Below are positions 24,728 through 32,431 of a stretch of 40,860 bases of DNA, one piece after another. Within the stretch, counting starts at the first letter, position 1; every line of letters begins with the position of its first letter. Source of the DNA: Flavobacteriales bacterium (GTDB taxonomy: Bacteria > Bacteroidota > Bacteroidia > Flavobacteriales > Flavobacteriaceae); the NCBI GenBank assembly GCA_015494775.1, contig WGAP01000046.1, positions 1 through 40,860 on the forward strand. The letters are read 5' to 3'. The notes under the pieces are model-generated. The model was not told the origin of the DNA and made no database searches. It worked only from the letters and a program-made list of their open reading frames with translations. The translations under genes were made by a program, and so were the position numbers.

Positions 24728-26067
24728 TCCACCGGACTTAATATTTCTTCTCGAACCAAGGCAAAAATATCCGTTTCGGAGCTTAACCGTCCGTCAATTT
24801 TGGCACGCACCAGGCGACGGGTCAGCGCTTGGAGTTCTTCATCGGGAATCTCACCGATGACCTCGTCGGCATAACCGTAGAGCATCAGCCGTTGGGCAAG
24901 TTCGGGCGCCAAACCGCGCTGCTGCATGTAGAAAAGCGCCTCGCCGTTCAAACTGCCCGTGGTGGAGCCATGGCTGCAACTTACATCATCGGCATAAATT
25001 TCCAGGAAGGGCAGCGAATGGGCCCGGGCCTCGTCGCTGAGCAAAATGTTGTCGTTCTTTTGGTAGGCATTGGTTTGCTGAGCGCCCGGACGCACCAAAA
25101 TACGCCCGTTGAAAAGGGCCTTGGCACGGCCGTCAATCAAGCCCTTGAATTGCTGATGACTGAAACTGCCTTCGGCACCGTGGGCCACAAAAATACGCTC
25201 ATCGGTTTGTTGGTCGCCGGCGGGTGCATAAAAGCCGTGGAGATTTACACGCGCACCGCTGCCGGTGATATCGGCCCAAACTTCTTCGCGCAAAAGGCCG
25301 CCGTTGAGCGGAAAGTTAAATCCGTCGATACGGGCTTCGTCGGCCGCTTGCATAAAATAATGCCCCACCAAAGCCGACACATCGTTCAATTGCTGCCAGC
25401 CGTAAAAACGAAACGTCGAAGCTCGTTGGACAAAAATTTCGGCCACACGCGTTCCTATGCTGATGGCTTCGCCTTCGGCAATATCCGTACCGGCCATTTC
25501 CACTTCGTTGTCCGGTTCCACGATCACCAGCATACGGCCGTTCCACAAATGCGCAGTGGCAGCGTCGATAAGGTTGGTCCATTCCAGGCGGACTTTGCCC
25601 GTCCCTTCGGGAACATAAACGAACAATCCATCTTTGAAGTAAGCCGTATTGAAATCGGTCATCGCATCATCGCTCAGTCTTTGCAAGCCCCCGAAATATT
25701 GCTTCACCACCTCGGGCATTTGTTGCACGGCTTCCGACAAACGGCCAAAGCTGATGCTGTTTTCCTCATGCCAAGTCGCAACGGGAATGCCATTGGTGAG
25801 CGGAATATGTATCGTAGCCGCCGGAAATAGTCTCCCGTCGCTCACCCTTCGGGAAACGCCTGCGGGTTCCACCGCTGCCGTCCGCCATTGGTTGAGCGGT
25901 GTTTTGCGCCAAGCTTCCAGACGGGCATGCGGAAAGCCCTTACGGGCCGTTTCAGCGGCCGCCTTTTCCTTGGCCGCTTGAATAAAACCGGGCCACCGGC
26001 CGGCAATATCCGGCCACAGATGCGGTGCTTTTTCGAAATAATCCGTCCAGTTCATACGTTTAGGCAT
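24724..26067 (-). CDS. sufD: Fe-S cluster assembly protein SufD
   Basis: SufB/SufD-family C-terminal region 'ADDVSCSHGSTTGSLNGEALFYMQQRGL'. Candidate ATGs lie at 26088, 26067 and 26055, and sufC stops at 26060-26062. The start at 26223 overlaps sufC and is rejected. Confidence 0.8.
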   Translation of the reverse strand: MPKRMNWTDYFEKAPHLWPDIAGRWPGFIQAAKEKAAAETARKGFPHARLEAWRKTPLNQWRTAAVEPAGVSRRVSDGRLFPAATIHIPLTNGIPVATWHEENSISFGRLSEAVQQMPEVVKQYFGGLQRLSDDAMTDFNTAYFKDGLFVYVPEGTGKVRLEWTNLIDAATAHLWNGRMLVIVEPDNEVEMAGTDIAEGEAISIGTRVAEIFVQRASTFRFYGWQQLNDVSALVGHYFMQAADEARIDGFNFPLNGGLLREEVWADITGSGARVNLHGFYAPAGDQQTDERIFVAHGAEGSFSHQQFKGLIDGRAKALFNGRILVRPGAQQTNAYQKNDNILLSDEARAHSLPFLEIYADDVSCSHGSTTGSLNGEALFYMQQRGLAPELAQRLMLYGYADEVIGEIPDEELQALTRRLVRAKIDGRLSSETDIFALVREEILSPVE

Positions 26068-26827
26068 TTTGTCGAGCCAGTTCTTCATAACCCTTTTCTT
26101 CCAATTCCAAGGCCAGGTTTTTATCGCCGCTACGCACAATGCGTCCGTCGTGCATAATGTGCACATAGTCGGGTACAATATGGTTGAGCAGCCGTTGATA
26201 GTGTGTAATGACCAGGAAAGCATTGTCGGGACGGCGCAACCGGTTTACGCCTTCGGCTACGGCACGCAAGGCGTCGATGTCCAGTCCCGAGTCGGTTTCG
26301 TCCAGGATGGCCAAAAGCGGTTCGAGCATGGCCAACTGAAAAATTTCGTTGCGTTTTTTTTCGCCGCCCGAAAAACCTTCGTTCACCGCGCGGTTGCGTA
26401 TGCGCTCGGGCAGCCCGAGCATATCCTGTTTTTCACGATACATACGCAGAAATTCACCGGGTTTTATCGGTTCCAATCCGTGATACTTACGCTTGGCATC
26501 TATGGCCGCTTTCATAAAGTTGGTCATGCTCACGCCGGGAATTTCCACCGGATATTGAAAGCTCAAAAACAATCCTTCCAAAGCCCGTTCGTCGGGCGAC
26601 ATTTCCAGCAGGTTTTTACCGTTGAACCAAACCTCGCCCCGGGTTACTTCGTAACCCTCGCGGCCCGTCAAAACGTAGGCCAACGTGCTTTTTCCCGTGC
26701 CGTTGGGCCCCATAACGGCATGCACCTCGCCGGGATAAATCCGCAGGTTCACGCCTTTGAGGATTTCCTTGTCGCCTATGGCGGCATGCAAATCTTTTAT
26801 TTCCAATAAAGGTTTTTGCTTATTCAT
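26060..26827 (-). CDS. sufC: Fe-S cluster assembly ATPase SufC
   Basis: Walker A 'GPNGTGKST', ABC signature-like 'FSGGEKKRNEI' and Walker B 'LAILDETDSGLD'. Confidence 0.9.
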   Translation of the reverse strand: MNKQKPLLEIKDLHAAIGDKEILKGVNLRIYPGEVHAVMGPNGTGKSTLAYVLTGREGYEVTRGEVWFNGKNLLEMSPDERALEGLFLSFQYPVEIPGVSMTNFMKAAIDAKRKYHGLEPIKPGEFLRMYREKQDMLGLPERIRNRAVNEGFSGGEKKRNEIFQLAMLEPLLAILDETDSGLDIDALRAVAEGVNRLRRPDNAFLVITHYQRLLNHIVPDYVHIMHDGRIVRSGDKNLALELEEKGYEELARQNA

Positions 26828-26851
26828 TGTTCTTGTTTTTTTGATTAAAAA

Positions 26852-28309
26852 TTAACCCACACTTCCTTCCAGACTGATTTCCAAAAGTTTTTGTGCTTCC
26901 ACGGCAAATTCCATGGGCAATTGCCGCAGCACTTCCTTGGCATAGCCGTTCACAATCATATTCACGGCCGATTCCTCGTCCAGTCCGCGTTGTTGCAAGT
27001 AAAACAATTGATCGTCGGAAATTTTGCTCGTGGTGGCTTCGTGTTCCACGGTGGCATGGCGGTTTTCGATGTCGATATAAGGAAAAGTATGCGCCCCGCA
27101 CTTATCGCCCATGAGCAGGGAGTCGCAAACGGAGTAATTCCGTGCGCCCACGGCGCTTTTTTTGACATGCACCTGTCCGCGGTAGGTATTTTGGCTGTGT
27201 CCGGCCGAAATACCTTTGCTGATAATCGTGCTGCGCGTGTTGCGGCCGATATGAATCATTTTGGTTCCCGTGTCGGCTTGTTGGTAATTGTTGGTAACGG
27301 CCACCGAATAGAATTCCGCCACCGAGTCATCGCCTTTGAGGATGGTCGAAGGATATTTCCAGGTGATGGCCGAACCGGTTTCCACCTGCGTCCAGCTGAT
27401 TTTGGAACGGTCACCCAGGCAAATACCGCGCTTGGTTACGAAATTGAAAATACCGCCCTTGCCTTCTTTGTCGCCCGGATACCAGTTTTGCACGGTGGAG
27501 TATTTGATTTCGGCATCCTTGTGGGCAATGAGTTCCACCACGGCGGCGTGCAGTTGGTTCTCGTCGCGCTGCGGTGCGGTGCATCCTTCCAGGTAGCTTA
27601 CGTAGCCGCCTTCCTCCACAATCACAAGCGTGCGCTCAAACTGCCCCGTGCCCCGCGCATTGATGCGGAAATAACTGGACAGTTCCATGGGACTGTGCAC
27701 ACCCTTGGGTACAAACACAAACGAACCGTCGGTAAATACGGCCGAATTGAGCGCCGCATAAAAATTATCGGAATAAGGCACCACCGAGCCCAGGTATTTA
27801 CGCACCAGGTCGGGATAGTCGCGGATGGCATCGCTGATGGGACAAAAGATGATACCCTGCTTGCGCAATTCTTCCTGAAAGGTGGTTTTGACCGACACAC
27901 TGTCCAACACCGCATCCACGGCCACACCGGCCAGGGCTTTTTGCTCTTCGAGCGGAATACCCAGCCGGTTGTAAATATCCAAAATTTCGGGGTCCACCTC
28001 GTCCAAGCTGTTCGGTTTTTTCCGGGGCTTGGGACGGGCGTAATAAATCAAATCCTGAAAATTAATATCGGGCAATTTTAGGTGCGGCCACGTGGGCGGT
28101 GTCATTTTTTGCCAGGCCCGGAAGGCCTTCAAACGGAATTCAAGCACCCAGTCCGGCTCGTCCCGCACGGCCGAAATGCGCCGTATAATATCCTCGTTCA
28201 GACCTTTGGGAAAGGTTTCGGTTTCGATATTCGACTCAAAACCAAACTGATAATCGCGTTCGGTAACTTCATTGAGTATTTCGTCCTGATAGGCCTGTTT
28301 GTCTTTCAT
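26852..28309 (-). CDS. sufB: Fe-S cluster assembly scaffold SufB
   Basis: Highly conserved SufB sequence ('...[11 protein letters not shown]...[19 protein letters not shown]...[11 protein letters not shown]'). The ATG at 28309 (MKDKQAYQ...) is preferred because a TAnnTTTG box and a palindrome lie inside the longer ORF (to 28360). Confidence 0.9.
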   Translation of the reverse strand: MKDKQAYQDEILNEVTERDYQFGFESNIETETFPKGLNEDIIRRISAVRDEPDWVLEFRLKAFRAWQKMTPPTWPHLKLPDINFQDLIYYARPKPRKKPNSLDEVDPEILDIYNRLGIPLEEQKALAGVAVDAVLDSVSVKTTFQEELRKQGIIFCPISDAIRDYPDLVRKYLGSVVPYSDNFYAALNSAVFTDGSFVFVPKGVHSPMELSSYFRINARGTGQFERTLVIVEEGGYVSYLEGCTAPQRDENQLHAAVVELIAHKDAEIKYSTVQNWYPGDKEGKGGIFNFVTKRGICLGDRSKISWTQVETGSAITWKYPSTILKGDDSVAEFYSVAVTNNYQQADTGTKMIHIGRNTRSTIISKGISAGHSQNTYRGQVHVKKSAVGARNYSVCDSLLMGDKCGAHTFPYIDIENRHATVEHEATTSKISDDQLFYLQQRGLDEESAVNMIVNGYAKEVLRQLPMEFAVEAQKLLEISLEGSVG

Positions 28310-28327
28310 TTCGGTGTTTTTATACAG

Positions 28328-28335
28328 CAAAGATA
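28328..28335 (-). promoter_or_regulatory. Candidate -7 promoter box for the suf operon
   Basis: The minus strand reads TATCTTTG (TAnnTTTG), exactly 18 nt upstream of the sufB ATG at 28309. Confidence 0.4.
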
Positions 28336-28349
28336 GGGAAATTTCTTTA

Positions 28350-28366
28350 TTTAGAACCAATCTAAA
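28350..28366. promoter_or_regulatory. Inverted repeat TTTAGA-N5-TCTAAA overlapping the suf promoter region
   Basis: TTTAGAACCAATCTAAA lies 14 nt upstream of the candidate -7 box, in the -33 region. Confidence 0.3.
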
Positions 28367-28404
28367 TAAATCAAATTATGCGATAACTTTATAAGGATTT
28401 TTTA

Positions 28405-28600
28405 TAGGGCGCTTCGGAGCCCCTTGCGGGTCTCCTACGCGTCGCCGGTGAGCCCGGCCTGCGGCCGGTCTCACCGGACGTTGCTCGGCAGCCGGCCGGC
28501 CTTCGCCGACGCTCGGCCGGCGTCTGCCTGCGCTGCCGCGTCAGCCCTGCGGTCTGCCGCGGGCTACGGGAGCCCTACGGTCTCCCTCCGCTACAATTTT
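28405..28600 (-). repeat. GC-rich mosaic repeat, probable inverted and diverged copy (C-left)
   Basis: It starts 'TATAGGGCGCTTCGGAGCCCC', a tail-type module facing sufB. It is built from G/C-rich hairpin modules. Its similarity to copy B is weaker than the similarity among copies A, B, C-right and D. Confidence 0.45.
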
Positions 28601-28802
28601 TATTGATGGGGGAGCGCGATAAATCGCGCCTTAAAGGGGCGCCGGCCCGCGCGTCAGCGCGGGGCCGGCGGCGCAAAACCCGGTGGAATGCCGTGAAAAT
28701 GTCCGGTAGAATTATTCCTCCGTCATTGTTTGAATTGTCCTGAAAAAGTTTTGCGCCGCCGGTCGCGGAGCTTTGCTCCGCGCCGGCGCCCCACCCTATT
28801 CC

Positions 28803-29365
28803 GCGCCAGCGGGCGTAGCGGTATCCTTGCGCGGCAGCCGGCGAATATTTTGTGCCGGCGGCGGGGGCTCGCAGCGCAAGAGACCTCGGCGCCGGCCTTA
28901 CAAAAACCGCCGGATGCAAGCAAGATAGGAGCGAAGCACGCGACGGCGCCTGAGCGTTGCAGCAAGCATAAAATCATCACACCAAGTCTCGTTCTTTTTG
29001 CCGATAACGGCATTGCCCACCCTCGCCATAGCTACGGCTATGCCTTCGGATTGCCGGCTTTGTTCTCGACAAAAATAACTTCGACTTATCCGACATTTTA
29101 TGCTTGCTGCAACGCGTGAGGAACGGCCGGCGTGAGCGCGCTCCGTCGCGCGAAACGACGGCCGTGGCCCCGCCGCGGCGCGCGCCAGCGCGCCGGGCGG
29201 ATGGCCGGACGTAAACATTTGAAAATCAATAGGAACGCCCCGCCCCGCGGCTTCGCCGCGGGGCGGGGCGCCGACAAGTTCACTCCAACATCCGGCCATC
29301 CGCCGCGGGCATCCGCCCGCCGGCGGGGCCCCGAACGCGGGGCGCCGGGGCGCCCGAAAAAAATC
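28803..29365 (+). repeat. GC-rich mosaic intergenic repeat, copy C-right (forward, long form with insertions)
   Basis: Head 'GCGCCAGCGGGCGTAGCGGTATCC'. The core lies 60 nt downstream of the head, against 58 nt in copy A, and matches A at 33/34 positions. 'CGTGAGGAACGGC' is shared with A. Tail 'GGGCATCCGCCCGCCGGCGGGGCCCCGAAC...GGGGCGCCCGAAAAAAATC'. Confidence 0.8.
28954..29115. mobile_element. Nested MITE-like element or long stem-loop: perfect 21-bp terminal inverted repeats around a 120-nt interior
   Basis: GCGTTGCAGCAAGCATAAAAT (28954-28974) is the exact reverse complement of ATTTTATGCTTGCTGCAACGC (29095-29115). The interior is visibly less GC-rich than its surroundings. It is absent from the colinear position in copy A. 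No clear target-site duplication. Confidence 0.45.
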
Positions 29366-29398
29366 GCTCCCCTTGCAATACTTTTGCCGTAAGTTCGT

Positions 29399-29406
29399 TA
29401 TCTTTG
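29399..29406 (+). promoter_or_regulatory. Candidate -7 promoter box for the TPR gene
   Basis: TATCTTTG (TAnnTTTG) lies 18 nt upstream of the ATG at 29425 and downstream of the GC-rich repeat. Confidence 0.4.
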
Positions 29407-29424
29407 ACATAAATTCGGCTTTTT

Positions 29425-32400
29425 ATGAATACCAAGTTTTTCGGGCTGCTCATCCTGTTTGTTTTTAGTTTCGCATCCCTCGACGCCCAACAACTTCCCG
29501 ACCAGCAGGGCTATGCCCGCGCCGTGGAACTTTTCGAAAGCGGCAACCGCCCCTTGGCCCGCGAACGATTCGAACAATTGCGCGGCAATCCGGCCAATGC
29601 GTCCCTGCTTCCCGACATCGACTACTACCTCACCGCCATCCGTCTCCAAACCGATGACGACCCCACCGCCGCCATCGAAAATTATTTGGTGCGCTATCCT
29701 TCGTCGCCCTACCGCCAAAAGCTGATGCTCCGCGCCGCCGATACCTACTTCGCCCAAGGCCGTTTGCGCCGGGTGCGCGACATTATCGACAACCTGGCCG
29801 TGTATGACCTGAGCAAACCCGAACGCCGGCGTGTGAATTTTTACCTGGCCTACATCGCCCTCCGCGACAACGACCTCAAAAAAGCCAAACGCTACTTCAA
29901 AAAACTGGAAGACGACCCCCAATACGGCAATCAGGCCAAATACTACCTGGGCTATATCGCCTACCTCAAAAACAACCCGGCCGAAGCTTCGCGCTATTTC
30001 CGCCAAGTGGCCGGCGACAAACAATACGGCCGCAATATTCCCTACTATAACGCCGATATGTATTATCGCACCGGCCAATTCCAAAAAGCCATCGACGAAG
30101 CCCTGAAAATCTACGACCGCAGCCACGGCAAACAACACAACCAATTGGCCAAAATCATCGGTTCGTCCTACTTCAACCTGCATCAATACGACAAAGCCAT
30201 TCCCTACTTGAAGGCCTACAAAGGCAAAAAAGGCCGCTTGTCAAACAAAGACCTTTATGAATTGGGTTATGCCTACTTCCAAGCCGGCCGCTGCGACCGC
30301 GCCGTGGAATATTTCAACAAAATCATCGGCAGCGATACGCCCCTGGCCCAAAACGCCTATTACCACCTGGCCAAATGCTACCTGAAAAACGACGAAAAGG
30401 CCAAGGCACTCAACGCGTTGAAAAAGGTATCGGAAATGCCCTACGACAAGGATTTGCAGGAAGACGCAATGTATCAATACGTCAAATTGGGCTACGAAAT
30501 CGGCAACCCTTACGAACCCATCGGCGATGCCGTGGCGCGCTACAAGGAAAAATATCCCGCCTCGCCGCGCATCAAAGAACTGGACGAACTCCTGCTCAAT
30601 TCCTACCTGAGTTCCCACCGCTTCGACAATGCCATTACGGCCATGCGACGGGCCGGCATGACCGCCCGCCCCGAATACCAAAAAGCCGCCTTTTATCGCG
30701 GACTCGAACTGTTCAACGACGGTAAATACGAAGACGCCCTGCGCCTGTTCGACGAAAGTTTACGCAACGGCAAAGACCTGGCCTACCGCAACAAGGCCCT
30801 GTTTTGGAAGGCCGAAGCCCTCTACCGGCTCGGCCGCCTGCAAGATGCCCTGCTGGCCTACCGCCAGTTTGAAGTGGACAACAACGACACCGGCTCGTTC
30901 GAAGCCAAAATGCTACCCTACAACCTGGGCTATGTGTATTTCAAATTGAAAAACTACGACAAGGCCGCCGGCTATTTCGGCCGGTTCGTGCGCCGTTCCA
31001 CCGACGACCGCCTGCTCAAAGACGCCTACCTGCGCCTGGGCGACAGTTATTTTGCCGCCAAAAAATATTGGCCGGCCATGGAGGCCTACAACCAGGCCAT
31101 AAACCGGCGCGGTGCCGATGCCGATTATGCCTTCTACCAAAAAGCCGTCAGCTACGGTTTTGTAGGACGCGACAATCGCAAAATCGAAGAACTGAACAAG
31201 TTTTTGGAAAAATTTCCCCGCTCACCGCTGCGCGACGATGCCCTCTACCAACTGGGTTCCACCTACCTGAACACCCGCCAAGCCGACAAAGCCCGTGCTG
31301 CCTTCGACCGCCTGCTGCGGGAATATCCCAAAAGCCCCTACGCCGCAGTGGCCATGCTCAAAGCCGGATTGGCCATGTATAACGGCAACCGCACCGACCA
31401 AGCCAAAACCTATTTCAAACGGCTGATTCAAACCTACCCGCAAACGGCCGAAGCCCACGAAGCCGCTGGTTATCTCAAAAGCATCTACATCGACGAAAAC
31501 GATGCCGACGGCTACCTGGCATTTATTCGAAGTGTCAAAGATTTTCATACCGAAAATACCAATTTGGAAAAGGATATTTTCGATGCGGCCGAGGAAAAAT
31601 ACTTTTTCAAAAACTATCCCCGCGCCCGCGCCGCCTTGGAGACTTACCTCAAACGCTTCCCCGACGGTATCTATCGCGTCAAGGCCCACGCCTACCTGGC
31701 CAAAATCTATCAAAACCAGGGCGAAAACGACAAGGCCTACGGGCATTATGCCTGGCTGGCACGCGAAGGCGGCAATGCTTATGTTTCCGAAGCCCTGCGC
31801 TTTCTGATAGCCACGGATTTGAAGGCCAAACACTACGACAAAGCCGCCGGCTGGCTGCGTATGCTGGAACAAAACGCCCAAACCGACGACGACCGCTACC
31901 TGGCCCAAACCAAGCTGATGTATATCTACGACTTGCAACAAAAAACCGATTCGGCCGCCGCCTATGCCGACAAAGTGCTGCATAACCCCAAAGCCACCAC
32001 CAAGCAAAAACAAAAAGCCAAACTCCTGCTGGCCCGCCAAGCCGTGGCCCAAGGCGATACGGCAAGTGCCGAACAACTCTACAACGAACTGGCCGAAACG
32101 GCCAAGGGCAAAACCGCCGCCGAAGCGCTTTACTACAAAGCCCTTTTCCTGCATCAAAAAGGTCAATACGACGCTTCGAACAAAACCGTTACCCGGCTGA
32201 CCAAAAAATATCCGTCCTACAAACACATCGGCGGCAAAGCCCTGATTGTCATGGCCCGGAATATGTATGCCAAAGGCGATGTGTTCAACGCCACCTACAT
32301 TCTGGAAAACCTGATTAAACGTTTCAAACAATATCCCGACATAACCGACGAAAGCCAAAAACTCCTCGACCGCATCCGAAGCGAACAAAGCCAGAAAAAC

Positions 32401-32430
32401 AGTGATGTCCAACCGGAAAACCAGCAATGA
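29425..32430 (+). CDS. Large secreted tetratricopeptide-repeat (TPR) protein
   Basis: 1001 aa with signal peptide MNTKFFGLLILFVFSFASLDAQ. There are many TPR-like units of the type 'A.Y.LG..Y...(K/N)Y.(K/E)A...F..'. Confidence 0.8.
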   Translation: MNTKFFGLLILFVFSFASLDAQQLPDQQGYARAVELFESGNRPLARERFEQLRGNPANASLLPDIDYYLTAIRLQTDDDPTAAIENYLVRYPSSPYRQKLMLRAADTYFAQGRLRRVRDIIDNLAVYDLSKPERRRVNFYLAYIALRDNDLKKAKRYFKKLEDDPQYGNQAKYYLGYIAYLKNNPAEASRYFRQVAGDKQYGRNIPYYNADMYYRTGQFQKAIDEALKIYDRSHGKQHNQLAKIIGSSYFNLHQYDKAIPYLKAYKGKKGRLSNKDLYELGYAYFQAGRCDRAVEYFNKIIGSDTPLAQNAYYHLAKCYLKNDEKAKALNALKKVSEMPYDKDLQEDAMYQYVKLGYEIGNPYEPIGDAVARYKEKYPASPRIKELDELLLNSYLSSHRFDNAITAMRRAGMTARPEYQKAAFYRGLELFNDGKYEDALRLFDESLRNGKDLAYRNKALFWKAEALYRLGRLQDALLAYRQFEVDNNDTGSFEAKMLPYNLGYVYFKLKNYDKAAGYFGRFVRRSTDDRLLKDAYLRLGDSYFAAKKYWPAMEAYNQAINRRGADADYAFYQKAVSYGFVGRDNRKIEELNKFLEKFPRSPLRDDALYQLGSTYLNTRQADKARAAFDRLLREYPKSPYAAVAMLKAGLAMYNGNRTDQAKTYFKRLIQTYPQTAEAHEAAGYLKSIYIDENDADGYLAFIRSVKDFHTENTNLEKDIFDAAEEKYFFKNYPRARAALETYLKRFPDGIYRVKAHAYLAKIYQNQGENDKAYGHYAWLAREGGNAYVSEALRFLIATDLKAKHYDKAAGWLRMLEQNAQTDDDRYLAQTKLMYIYDLQQKTDSAAAYADKVLHNPKATTKQKQKAKLLLARQAVAQGDTASAEQLYNELAETAKGKTAAEALYYKALFLHQKGQYDASNKTVTRLTKKYPSYKHIGGKALIVMARNMYAKGDVFNATYILENLIKRFKQYPDITDESQKLLDRIRSEQSQKNSDVQPENQQ

Positions 32431-32431
32431 A

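Noticed and set aside
29340-29365. Repeat tail 'GGGGCGCCCGAAAAAAATC' as an intrinsic terminator
   Set aside because: On the plus strand the G/C stem is followed by an A-run, not a U-run. On the minus strand the T-run precedes the stem. Neither orientation fits a canonical Rho-independent terminator.
28424-29410. ORFs 28424-28606, 28575-28919, 28723-29013, 28730-29119, 28898-29410, 29098-29283 and 29132-29392 in the sufB-TPR intergenic block
   Set aside because: They overlap one another on both strands, are Arg/Ala/Pro/Gly-rich and coincide with repeat modules also found in other intergenic regions. This is typical spurious ORF formation in GC-rich DNA.
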